Assembly (NCBI GenBank): GCA_000320545.1
Contig: ADNK01003286.1
Coordinates: 59,867 to 123,866, forward strand
DNA: 64,000 bases
Direction: 5' to 3'
Source of the DNA: Bigelowiella natans CCMP2755
Lineage: Eukaryota > Protista > Cercozoa
A program made the translations under genes and the position numbers. Positions 1 through 15,765 of the stretch are shown piece after piece. The notes under the pieces were generated by a model. It was given only the letters and a program-made list of their open reading frames with translations. It did not search any database and was not told the origin of the DNA. Each line of letters opens with the position of its first letter. The stretch's first letter is position 1.

Positions 1-82
1 CTTATCCATAATCCCTAAATGCGCCATAATCATCGTCATCACCATCATCATCATCATCATCTAATATCTAATACAACATCAG

Positions 83-1314
83 GTTTTGGATTGGAGATTT
101 GAACTACCGATTGACGTCAACCGACTTGACGGAGGTGTATCGTGAAATCCAAGATAAAAACATAGGGGCGCTCATTCGTAGCGACCAACTCGTGATTGAA
201 AAAGCAGCAGGGCGAGCTTTCCAAGGCTGGCATGAGGGGCCTATTACATTCCTACCCACTTACAAATATGAAACGGTGCTCATTCCCACCTCAAGAAAAA
301 AAGAACAGCAAGAAGAAAAAGAAAAACATCAGAATCTATCTTTCACCATCATCATACATACAACGTGCATGATTGTATCAAACTACATTGGGAGAATAAG
401 TATTAAGTACTTTGTTTTATTTCTCTGATGATGATGCTGATGTTTAAGGGGCTCAACTGTCGTTATTGTGGATACTAACAAGTGCCACCAAATTTCTCCT
501 AGTCATATGAACATCACTTCCCCTTTTACTTCCACACATGCATTCTTTTCTTTTTCTTAAAAATCATAGTAATATAAATTATCATTACCTCATTGGTGGG
601 GGAGAGGGGGCTTTCTTGCTTCTTGCTTCTTCTTCTTCTTCTTCTTCTCCATCGCTCTGCTGCAGCAGCAGATTTTCCCCTACCAGCGATTGCTACGAGG
701 AGCATCAAATTGAATCATTAGAATTGATTGTAATATACACACTACACACGGGCTATTATTGTAGGGTACTGATCGTTATGATCGAAGAGAGGACAAGAAG
801 AAGCGGTTTCCAGCATGGTGTGATAGAATCCAGTGGAAGGTGGATGGCAGCGTGGCAGCAGGGACTGACGTCAAGATGGTAGTGACAGTAGCAAGCGACC
901 TGCATTGTGAAGATGAAAGAAAAGATTATCAAGATAAAAATGGCGGTGCTGATGATGAGGAGGAGGGAAATGGGGAAGAATAGCAGTAGTAGTAGTAGTA
1001 GTAGTAGAAGAGGAAGTAGTAACTACTGCAACTACGTTGTAAAGAAGCCATGTTTGTGATAATGCATCTGAAAGAGAGAGGGGTGGGGGGGGGGCAATAG
1101 GTTTCTCTCTACCTCTTATTACAACAAAGAGTAGGTGTTGCTCACATTGCAGCACACTGGGTGATCTGTTTCTGCTGCTTCTTCTTCTTCTTTGCTTCCT
1201 CCTTTACTCTGTTAGGTTTTATATCAGCGTGCAGAGTTGAAAATGTCAGATCACAAGCCTGTAATGGCCTGGTTTGATATTACTGCACAAAAAGTCATAC
1301 AGGTGCTGCCTGCA

Positions 1315-1345
<31 letters not shown>

Positions 1346-2727
1346 GCGTCTGCTGCTGCTTTTGTGAATGCCAATATCGTATTACTAAAGTAGTAGTAGC
1401 AGTGAGAAGAGAGTGGAGGAGAAAAATACAGCAACATGTGCGACAGGCAGCACTCTTCTGCCTAACATATCTATCAACAATGCCCACAACAATAGCAGCT
1501 CTAGAAATCAATAATATACACCTTTTTGTCGTTACGACTGCACAGAGAATTATTTGAGTAATAATAACAAAGAAGAATCATTTGTTGCGTAATATTTGAG
1601 ATTCTACTGCTTTTGTATTTTCACCCTTGTGCATGCATTCGAATACTCATTAATTTATTCATTTATTGATTCATCATCAGCGCGAGAAAACTCGTGTTCA
1701 GAACGACATCACGCGGCAATTTGACGCTTGGGAGAACAACCAAATTCCCCAAGTCTCTCTAGACAAAACGCGCCTCAACTTCGCGGACATTCGTTTTGAG
1801 CGTCCACAAACTCAAATTGTGACTGTGGAAAATATTGGAAAGTCTTTGGCGGAGTATTATTTTGCATCTGGGGCAGCAGGAGATGGGTCCCAAGAAGCAA
1901 TGCCTACTTGGCTGACCGTGGAGCCTAAGACCCACTACATCCCTCCAGGCCATACAATTCAGCTAAAAATCACCGTGCATGTCGATACGAAATCTGCGGG
2001 TACACTAAACATGCATCAAGACAAGCTCTCGAGCATGCTCATTTTCCGCCTAAAATGTGGACGTGAAGGTGATTTGGGAAAGGACTACTACATCGAGATT
2101 AATGGTAATTACTTACGTTCAGCATTTGGGTGCTCATTGTCGTATTTGGCGCGCACACCGATGCCTGTAAGAGCAGTAGGAGGGCTGAGGACAAAGATCA
2201 ATGCAGAGGCAGTGCTTACTCTCCCAAAAGAGTTGTGGCGTTTGGTAGATTTTATCTACCGCAAAGGAATAGACGAAGAAGACTTGTTCCTTACAAGTGG
2301 GGATGACAACCAAATTGCTGACATACGTGAATGTTTGGATACTGGCCGTGCTTTCCGCGAATTTAGTGTGCACTCGATGGCTGAGGCTCTAATACAATTT
2401 CTTGTTAATCTGTCAGAGCCCATCTTCCCGATGAGCCTTTTGGACGAACTTAGGAGCGATTCTAACATAAACGATTTCTGCATGCAAGCACTTCTAAGAT
2501 TGACGCCCATTCACTATAACACTTTAATATACATACTATCATTCCTTCGTCAAGTCCTCAAGCATACAAAAGCCAACAAGCTCACTTCAACTAAGATAGT
2601 TCCTCTCTTCGCAAAGTGCATCTTCCACTACAATCCTTTAGCGGCCGAGAAGCTACAAAACATGCGCCAACGGCCTTACATGGTGCTTAATCATTATCTT
2701 ACGAGCCAGAGTTTTGTCACGTCGTGA
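83..2727 (+). CDS. OCRL/INPP5B-like inositol polyphosphate 5-phosphatase, 3' part (5-phosphatase, ASH, RhoGAP-like domains); multi-exon, 5' end outside window
   Basis: Spliced motifs FWIGDLNYR, FLPTYKY, PAWCDRIQW, SDHKPV. The final ~1 kb exon has an ASH-like segment (VTVENIGK, WLTVEPK) and a RhoGAP-like domain (LPKELWRLVDFI, LFLTSG lacking the Arg finger, HSMAEAL). Confidence 0.93.
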
Positions 2728-3370
2728 CAAGAGGAGGTGTTTATTTGTCGCATCAACAACTGTATCAGTAGTAGGTAGTAGCTGATTATTGAGGACTTTA
2801 ACAATCATTGTCACAAACTACGTACTGATGATCTTTACATCAATTAAAATTTGCGAGGCAACGTACATGCCGATGATTCACATGGCTAGATGGAATTGTT
2901 TGCGTAGCTGATTTATTTGTTATCACTTACTCTGCTGCAATAATCCATCGGTTGCAACAGCTGTCTAGCTGTGATGCATTAAGTGTAAACAAGTCTTGAC
3001 CAAAAGCAGACGTAGAAATTGCATACTCTAGTACTAGCTCCGCACATACGATCTTGTACAGCATTTCCAGCATCGCGTGGCTAAGCATGCTAGCATGCTA
3101 ATAGTTATTGGTGTTGTAGGTAGAATTCATGCATTGCATTGCTCGAGCTGCATCAGCGTAGCATGTGCGCGTATCTAGCGCATGTTTAGGGAGCGAGTAG
3201 GTTATTAGGCGGTGCGGCTCATCTAGCTCATGCTGCACGCTAGCTAGCTAGCACGTATCTCAACATGTGTAGCGTGAATAGCCTTAAAACAATTGCACTG
3301 ACAAGCAGCGATATCTAGAACTCTACACATAGCTGTCAGGCTACACGAGCATAATGGCAAGCTCTAGAGC

Positions 3371-3437
3371 TGCATAGCTACATCAGAATGGCCATTGAAT
3401 TTTTAAAATTTATTCATTACATCATCATCCGTCTCAT
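3371..3437 (+). mobile_element. Short 3'-terminal fragment of the LINE family
   Basis: Its reverse complement (atgagacggatg..gtaatgaa..ttcaatggccattctgatgtagctatgc) matches the LINE terminus at 13670-13735. Confidence 0.7.
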
Positions 3438-3859
3438 AATAGCAAGCTGTACAACGCAGTAGTAGCTCGACCCGATGTCTATTTCGTGATTATGTGGATT
3501 ACAAATCCAGCATGCAGTCGTTCTGTTACTACGCTAGCCACACACACACATATACACTCACACACACACACCACGATGTGTACTCAATAGACAACTTGTC
3601 ACACTTGCTTTTACATGCAAGAGAAAAACGTGTCAGCATAAGCAAGCTACGCAACCACAGAGCGGTAGCGCAGTAAAAACCTACGTATCATTGCAAAATC
3701 AATCATTAGCTTCATCATCATTGTATATCTTCATCCTTAAATTTATTCGAATGAGGTTTAGATATGTCGCTAAAGTAGTGTTTCAATAAATGTATTGACA
3801 AGCATCCAAGATATGTTTCAGTGGTGAAAAGAGCACATTAACAATTTGACAAAACCGAC

Positions 3860-4745
3860 TTCTGTGCAAGGGTAGGCAGGTTGACAGCAAGAAAGGGTTC
3901 TCCAGGAGGGTATTCTATCATTTTCTTTGTCACCATCTTTGTGATAAGATATCCTCTTCATCTGTCTTAGAAGAAGTTCCTTTGATGATGAAAACAATGA
4001 TGGTGAAAGAAATTAATAATACTGTTAACGCCCTTCATCACTTCAGAACCAGATCTTAACAATATACAACTGAACTTCGTGATTATGGAGGAGGAGGAAG
4101 AGGAGGGAGAGGAGGAAGAGGAGGAGGAAATATAGACGTAGGTACTCTATTTCAATAGTCATTGGAGAAGCAGTAGTAGAGGTAGCAGCAGCAGCAGTGT
4201 TTATTATTGCATTTTGGTGAATGTACAGTAGTATACGCATATAAATACGCACATGCTCCGTGAGCGAGTCGCCGTCTCCATCTTTTTGGTCTGGATGAAG
4301 GCCATTATTATCACAATCATCTATAGCATTTTTCTTGAGACCGGAGTTCGGTTTTTTTCCATCATCATCATCATCATCATCCTCCTCCGCCAATGGCTGC
4401 CCTCCTGATCGTCATTATTTGCACGTATTATTACGAAGAAATGATTCACCTCATACATGCTCATTTTCGAGTGTACTGTGCTGCCTTATTGCTTGACTAT
4501 TTATTAAATAAAGCTATTAAATCCGTACCTTGATCTTCCATTCTTTCCTGTTTCTGGTCAAGGAATTGCGTGACACTGATCAATATACGATCACAATGCC
4601 ATAATGCTATTTGTTGATGATGTGCCTACCACGATATAATGTATACCGTATTCTTGAGGCTTTCCAAAGTGCTTCTTGAAGTCCTTCGTCGTACATATCA
4701 GGACGTGATCGAAATGGTAGAACGCAGCAATATAACGCCTGCTGA
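3860..4745 (-). CDS. Unresolved coding exons (C-terminal extension of the SDR gene or a separate small gene)
   Basis: Phase-compatible GT-AG-bounded segments RRYIAAFYHFDHVLICTTKDFKKHFGKPQEY|VSRNSLTRNRKEWKIK, plus an acidic ORF at 4250-4393. No family recognised. Confidence 0.35.
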
Positions 4746-5299
4746 AAGTATCTAAACACATCATGCACACGCGTAAGTATATTATATATGTATATGTGTT
4801 TAGCAATATGGTGGGCCATAGATCAATTATAATGCTACGGATTACTACGTCTTTACTTCCTTTGTTTGTGCTCCTTAAATGATGGTGGTGGTGATGGTGA
4901 TGATGATAATGAAGCTATATCACTACCACTTTAGCAGTATATCAGTTGTGGCATGAAACAGCGTACGTGCGTTTTGCTATATAATAGTAATGCTGCTATC
5001 ATCATCATAATCATCGTTGGTTGTCGTTGATACTACTCATCATGCGTATGTATGCAGTTTAACGGGGAAAAACGACTACTGCCTCTGCTGCTACTACTTC
5101 TACTTTTGCTTCTACTACCACTACTACAACAACAACAACTTCTTCTCACTCCTCCTCCTCCTCCTCCTCCTCCTCCTCCTCCTCCTCCGTAACTACCCTC
5201 TGCATCATCATTCACTATCAGCACACGAACTACCGCTACTACTACTATCACCGCATAGCTATTCTATCTATTAATCGACGGCCGCAATACATATGTACT

Positions 5300-8338
<3,039 letters not shown>

Positions 8339-8518
8339 TGTTCGGGTTTTGAGGGATCGGACTAGCGTTGTCGCAGGGTGAAAATGGCTTACATTCTACT
8401 ATTTTTGGTAAGCAGCAATCAATGTTTTGTCGCAAGGAGGAAACGCATGCCATTTCCTTCTTCACAGTCCCAGTTCCAGTTTCAGTTTCCCCCCTCCGTT
8501 TCCACGAAGAGCAACTTG

Positions 8519-11500
8519 ATGCCGTTCAAGCGTACGAGGGGAGTGAATGTTGTTTCTCCGGCTACGGCTGCATCCCGCGGAGATTTCAACTTGGGGGGGA
8601 AGAGGAGAGGCGCAGTATCGGACAGAATGTACGACTTCGACCTGGAAAAGGAGCGAAGAAAGACAGAGGCAAATTTCGAGCACATGAACCGCGAGAAGAA
8701 ACAGATAGCTCGAATACAAAATTTGCAGTTAGGATCTCCTATTGTTGAATGGCTTGTTAAGGTACTAAGTTCTACCTGTAACCCGTAGGTTCTGCCTATG
8801 ATGTGCATTTTTTCATAGATGCGCTAGAACGGTGGCGAATCTCAATTGATTGTAATTTAACCACTGTACTTTTTATGCTTACATTAGTATTGGCAAGATC
8901 GTCAGGGTTATCATTCGATGGACATTCTGTGTGAAGTGAAATACGTCGAGATGAAGCATCTCTGTCGGAGAGCAATAGAATTTGAGAGTGAAGCCAGCTT
9001 GGATTTGTCTTCTCACTTTCGAATAGCATTTTCGCTACACCTACTGGACTCATTATATTCACAATTTCACTACCACCAACCACTTCAAGAGTTATACAAC
9101 TTGCTAAGAAATACGATCGGAAGTATGATTCTGGTAGATCATCCGACAGTGGACGTGAGGAAGTATGGTGAATTTGACTTCTCCAAACTCTTCACAACCA
9201 CTAACTATGCAGACATCGTCAGAGCAACAGTTAGTGAGTGTACTCAGCTTGAGCATGCGCTTTTAAAGCTACAGCCAACCGAAAAGGTCAACAAACTTCG
9301 GTCAATACTCTCCCATTGGGTTCAGATACAAATATCAAAGGCAGCCAAGGCTTATCGTGGAATCGTGTTCTGGATATGGAAGAATGCGAGAGCCGGTCAA
9401 GGTGAAGTTATTAGAGTCGTTCAAAATAGAATCAAGCGACGCAATCTGTTACTAAAACGCATAATGATGGGAAAATGGCGCCTCTCTTCGACGGACAGCA
9501 GGATAAATCGGACCAAGAGTGACATTACCTCATATTCTGTCGATAATGTGCGATTTCGTTCAACCATCAGATCGCTGCTGAGCAAACTTGATATTGTTAA
9601 AAAATCTTTGAAAGATTTAGACAAAGAGAAAAATTATAAGGACGAGTTAAAACAGCAGACGGAAGGGCTAGAAAAGCTCTACAAGTACTGTGAAGTTTCT
9701 TCAAGAGACAGAAAATTATTTCTCTCATCTTGTGTATCTCGCATTATCTTTCCCACAAAACTGGCTCTCACTAATTTGAAGAAATCTTACCTTCAATTGA
9801 GCAAAAGTACTGTACCATCGTGTCAGAACTTGGAAAATTATCCTTTACTCTCTACAGACCGGAAAGAACGTGCAAAGTTGCCTCAAAGCCGACAAAGCGT
9901 GAGCAGTAATTTTGGCCAGGAAGAAGACTCTACAAGCGGATCTGAGAAGCTGTTGCTAGCATGGGCTAATCAAACGTTAAGGCGTGCCAAGAAAAAAGGA
10001 GTATTTTCGATGATAGTATTTATTATACAGCCTCAAGTGCGTAGGGAGCTAGCAGATGCATATATTGAGCACTGTTTTGACTGGAATCAACCATCTCCAG
10101 AGGAAAAAAGGGATGTTGAAATGGCAATATTACAACTGAAGAAAGACTGTAGTGTTGATGACATCTTACAAGCATTGTTCACGTTGTTCTTGAGCGATAA
10201 GAATCTGTATAAAATATCCCAAAATTTACCACAAAAGAAAAATTACGGCCCTTCAGGGATTAAAAGGCTTGCTATTACTACTTCTACCCTAAACTTAAAA
10301 CCCCCCCCCTCCTCCTCCTCCTCCCAATTAGAAGGCATGGGTGAGAGTCTTGAATTACATATTAATCGTAAAGATAGTAATAACGGGGTTGAGTTTCACT
10401 TAATAAGCTCTCCAGATACTGTAATACAACTGCACTCGAAAGCTGAAAATCACATATCTGCGTTGATACAGCAAAAATCGAAGGTTACGAGTCTAAAAAA
10501 AGAAATGGAGACAACCAGAAATTGTCTTTTCCAGGATTTGTTCTCCAAGTTTGCAAGCAACATCCGCATGGCAGATGGCAAGACACCAACACAATGTCGC
10601 ACAAATGAATTGTTGGGAAAAGAAGACAAAGCACAAGTTGTTCAAAAGCCCTTACCTCCCCCCGATATAATGCCCGACATCGTCAATCTCTTCAGCTTTT
10701 TGAATCTGGACAAGAGAGCGGAAATGACTGAGATTCTGATGGAATTCGAGTGTCTTCTTGCAAATGCCTTCTTGAAATTCAGTGCTATTGATCCGGAAAG
10801 TAGGGTACATTGGATGTGCGAGCGGCAGTTCTGGTGGATGTGCCGTGACTGTTCACTGGACTTAACATCAGAAGACGTTTGCGAAGTCTTCAAAACTGTA
10901 AGTCATCACGCCAAGTATCGAAAACTAAGCAAATTTGACGTAACTCATGAACAACTGGAGATTCTAGCTGCCACTCCTTCACATGGAGGAGCTATCAATC
11001 AAATGGTATACAAGGGTGGTACATTGAAAAAGGGGGGGGGGGGGTCTAAGCGATACGATAGTTATACAGGGTCTTTCATGGGAATGATGGAATCTTACTC
11101 TTCTAACCGAGTATTGAAGAAAAAGAACAGAGGAAGTAAGAAGCATAGCTCACTCTTCTCTGAGCTTGAGATTGTAGGAGAAATGGAGAGAGAAGATTTG
11201 ATAAACTTTGGTCAGTTTGTCATTGCGCTTTGTAGCTTAGGTCTTGCCAAATTCCAGCAACACTGTACCCCTATCAGAGCTGTGAAAAACTTTTTAATGA
11301 TGCTGAAAGGGGCTCGAGTACATGCGATACATGCACACTTGGAGTACCGACGTGACTTTCGCTCAGTTGCGAACAAAGACATAATGTCTAGATACCGTAA
11401 AGAGATGACGTTGTGCTTTAAAGCCTATGCACAAAACTATCCTGAAACTAAGTCAGTCAAGACATTGCATCTACTAGATCTCGAAAATATGTGTACTATG

Positions 11501-12562
11501 TTCGGAATTTTCCCAAAACACTTGTCAACTGCGGATATACAGAAGATTTTCATGAATTCCTCTCAAAGAGGTATGGGAATAGGGAGGTTTGAATTTGAAG
11601 AGGTGTTCTACGTTCTGGCTTTCTGCGTCGATCCCACCCCATATCACAGTGTCGCATCGAAAGTCGCCTTCATGATGGACAACTTCATCACACCAAAGTT
11701 AGTGGAGACTGGGAGACTTAAGCAGCCGGTTGGTTGTCAATCACCAACTTCTGTACGAAGCGCGCGAAGACGAAGAGGTGCATCACAGAGTTCTAGTCGT
11801 AGTCACAAAGGGGGGGGCGCCAAGATTGCATCGAGGTCAAGTACTGCAAGCAGCCGTGAAAAAGCAGCTGCAGGCTACCACCCTAATAGTGGGGAGAAGT
11901 ATGGCGAGCAACAAGGAGGAGGAGCAGGAGCAAAGCCCGTGGTGATGATGATGATAAATCTTTCTGTTGCTTGTGAGATAATGTTTCTTGTGTACCGTTT
12001 ATTTGGACAGAGCGGTGTTGTCGCACTGCTGTTACTTGTGCTGTGTGATCTTCATGTCTTCTCCTCATATTCCTTACTTCCATCCTCCTCCTCCTCCTCC
12101 TTAGGTTGGAGAATTTATAACATTTTTTTCCGAATCAAGAGGATCAAAGCGGGAGGATAACAATAGAGAGCATAATGAAGGTAGGAACGTCTCCGAAATA
12201 TGGGATGAAGAAAATGAGAAAGGAAGAAGAAGAAGAAGAAGAAGAAGAAGAAGCAGAATGGCGATGATGATGATGGTGGTGATGTGTGAGCTAGCATTGC
12301 CACTTAAATCCAAGAGATGATTTAGTTTGTGTGTTAGCGCTATTATTTGTGTTGCCTTCCAACAAGTATAATGTAAACTCTTGGCTGCAGGTGGTGCGGA
12401 TAAAAAGAAAGTGCAGAAAGAGAAAATGAAGCACAAGAAAACGAAAAATATTTCTCAAGTCAGTTTTGAGGAGTTACTATCATCTGTATGATTGTGGTTT
12501 TGAGATGTAATTACATGCATATAAATAAAATACATGGGTACACACACACACACACACACATG

Positions 12563-12604
<42 letters not shown>

Positions 12605-13454
12605 TATTTATATTTATACGTGACCGTTTGCACAAATAGAAACCGGTCGTTGTGCACACTGCAGTTGTTGAGAAATTGCGTTTTGAGAGCATATTACCAT
12701 CTGAGACTTCATTGGGTGGAAGAACAAAAGTAATCCAAATGTAGCATTCTAAAAGATAAATCCTTGTTTGTTTAGTTCTTCAGAAACTATGTAAATAACG
12801 TTCTAAATTAATGTGTTTCCAATTAGTAACCTTTCGAAATAACTATTTAATTTCCTAAGATAGTGAATTTATGTCCATGTGCACCCGTGTATGTATGTGT
12901 GTGGGGGGGTGTTTAAATGTTATATATCAGTCGATTCTCGTTATCTTTGATGAATAGTATCATTGTCATCAGTCCGAAATAATACGGTCCAAAATCGAAG
13001 CAAGTCCAGTTTACTTACATGAGCATCATAAATTCAAAATTCCAAGGTGGTACTGTTGTCATTTTATCTAAAATGATCAATTGAATGATCCGTGCACGTT
13101 TTGGAAATGACAACTGACAACCACTCCAACCCACTAGAATGGACAAATCGGGCGATTCACTATTAGAGGCATCGGGTAGAAGCTAATACTAAATTTCGCG
13201 AAATTGAGTTTTTGTCTTAAATTTAAGATTTTATATCCGACGTAGAGATGAACAAGGCTGATAACAAAATTGGACGGAAAGAAATGAACCAAGAGAGCTT
13301 TCAGCCAAGGCGCATAAACCTAGATTAAATTGATGGTAGCATTGCAGCAACAGCGCCGAACCGTGATATTTTACCATTCTCCAAAACTGAAACTATTGAA
13401 TCTTACTTGATGGACAAGGATGAAATCAAGAGCCGGCCAGAGAGTAAGTGTTGA
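8519..13454 (+). CDS. Large protein of unknown function (coiled-coil, possible CH-like and EF-hand-like segments); ~3 kb central exon plus small flanking exons; ends approximate
   Basis: 1080-aa ORF 8918-12160. Upstream exon MPFKRTRG...VEWLVK ends at a GT donor. Downstream GT-AG exons lie at ~12104-12180 and ~12391-12485, with probable ones to ~13454. EKLLLAWANQTL resembles a CH-domain start. Confidence 0.75.
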
Positions 13455-13555
13455 CAAGGCCTTCATGTATGTGTGACAACTAAGTCTAGACGTAGTACAG
13501 GATGCTGCTGTTGTTCCCTCTCATCGTAGTACGTGTGCAAAGACCGTACTAGGGT

Positions 13556-13603
13556 ATGCATAAGACGGATGTAATGAAATGTTTAAATTTTTTCAATTGT
13601 CTA
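13556..13603 (-). repeat. Second tandem copy of the LINE 3' terminus, separated from the element by a degenerate (TA)n
   Basis: agacggatgtaatgaaatgtttaaattttttcaattgtc versus gagacggatgtaatgaaatatttaaattttttcaatggtc at ~13673. Confidence 0.85.
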
Positions 13604-13669
13604 GGGTATATATATGTATATCGTATACATGTATGTATATATATGTATATGTATATATTTATATGTATA

Positions 13670-15765
13670 CATGAGACGGATGTAATGAAATATTTAAATT
13701 TTTTCAATGGTCATCCTAATGTAGCTGTGCAATGCAGCGGCTACAGCGCTTGAATTGTATCTGTTTGTTTCCTTGGTCACATGGCGCATGCATGTGAATG
13801 CATCATGTTTTGGTCTAGCATGTCGCGCTTTGCGCGCAGCTTCTCGACTTGTTTTTTCTGCGGTTGTGAGGCGCGTGGTCTCATCATTGCGATCCATGAT
13901 CGCCGTCAGTTGTTTGTTGAATCTGAGTCTCTGTGGTCCGCATTTCCTGCATTGCAGAATGTGGTCCACATCTTGCAGTGCATTGCATGTGTCGCATGTT
14001 GCTTCCAATTTTGTGCGTTGTCCTCTGGACAGCAGAAATGTTCCAACATGGCCAACACCACAAATGGCGCGCATCCATGATGTGGCAATGCTTGGCAGCT
14101 TCAATGTGATTCTTGTTGTCCGAGAGCCAGGCATGAAGTCAAGTTTTTTCAAGTGCATTGCCTTGGTTCCCTCTTTGCTCCAGTTTGTTTCGAAGTTGGA
14201 CACCGCGTTCCGCATGATCGGTTTGTTGTGTGCATTCAATTTCCTTTTCAGTGTCTTGTCATTGGCACGTGTTGTGGGGTGTTCCGCTCCAAGCAATTTG
14301 GTCGTGATCAAACTGAGTCGTCGGTGCAAGGATGCTCTGTTCCACGACCTAGTTGTGTTGTGCCATTTGTGTTCCAGCAAGGATTCAATGTGGTGCTGTC
14401 CGAAAGAGCTCCAATTGAGCACTTCTTCTTCCACCACGTGTCCGTTGCCATCAACATCCTCCACCCATGCATTGGTTCGCAACCATGTCTTGGCACATTG
14501 AACTTGTGTGCGATGACGTGGTGGCAACTTGCCGCTAGCACATGGGGTGTGTCGTTGGAAATGGATCCTGCTAGCCTGGTGCGATCCCAGCACTCTTTTG
14601 AGTGTTTGTGATTCCATGGAATCCAGCTGCTTCACTTTGAACAAGTTTTTTTTTATATTTTGGACCTCCATGTGGGTGCGACACACCTGCTTGTGGCTGT
14701 GAACCACGTGTTGCAAAACTTCAATCTCACATTGAATGGCATGTGAGATCGTGTGGAGCACAGCCTGAGTGAGAATCTTCTCTTTTTCTGCAGCTTCAGA
14801 TGTGCAACAAGGGCGTGTTTTTCGAAAGTTGATCTTTCGTCAAACCATGGGCCCAAACACTTGCCACATTCTTTTCTTTTCATTTTTCCTTGTGGGTTGA
14901 GTGTTGTGTTCCACAAGGCTTGTTTTTTGTGTGGATCCTTCCTCCTGTCCACGAGGAGGCATCCACTCTTTTCCCCATTGAATCTCATTCGCCACTTCAT
15001 GCACCAGGTTGTCACACTTGTCAGATCTTTTTGCAGCCTGGTTTGCATTTCCCCCCAGCGGGATGGCGCAAATGGTTCATGTGGGGTGACATCGTCGCAG
15101 TGCATCTGATGGTCAGCAAACTTGATGTGCTCGCATGTGTCGTGGTGGGCGATGAACAAATGGCAGCTGAGGGAGGATCCTTCAGGTGCGTCGCTTTGCA
15201 GTTGCACGTGTTGTGACAGCATGCTGCCAAATTTGAATCTGGCAGTGCGCTCCCTTGGCCAGTCATCGATCCACAGAAGCAGGCATCCCCTTGCACCACA
15301 TTTTTCACTCAGTTTCCGCACCATTCCTGAATGCCAGGCTTCAGGGCAAGCTTTTGATGCGTCAGTGAATGGCATGATGCCGATCAGTTTTTTGTCAAAC
15401 ATGCCGTCTTCGATCCGCTGAGTCATTCTGGTCAGCGCTGTCTCGCATGACCTGTTCTTCATGAAAGCGCATTGATGTTTGCTCAGCTTCTCTGGTGGGA
15501 TGGCTTCGCGCAGTCGAAGTTCAACCAATTTGTCTTCGACTTTCGAAGCAATTTGGAGAAGTGAAATTGTTCTGCCGTTGAGGGGAGTGTTCAATTCTTT
15601 TCCGGGTTTGGGCATCAAGCAGAAGACGGCAGCTTTTTGTGATTTGTGACGGGTGCCCCATTGAAATGATGCATTGAAAACAAGAGCCCAGAGTTGATGC
15701 AGCTTGTTGCTTTTCTTCAACGTGTTCACATGCATGTGTGAACATGTGCATCTTTCACTGGGCAC
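13670..15765 (-). mobile_element. Decayed, 5'-truncated non-LTR retrotransposon (LINE): RT domain plus C-terminal CCHC knuckle; frameshift near 14650
   Basis: RT motifs LMPKPGK, RTISLL, HQCAF, DASKAC, PEGSSLS, HCDD (for YxDD), W..KWRMRFN.EKS and KCLGPWFD. C-terminal CDTC..DVDHILQC. Confidence 0.92.

Noticed and set aside
13694-15765. Alternative genetic code explaining missing Tyr
   Set aside because: Flanking genes use TAY for conserved Tyr and end in normal TAA/TAG/TGA. TA is missing in all codon positions.
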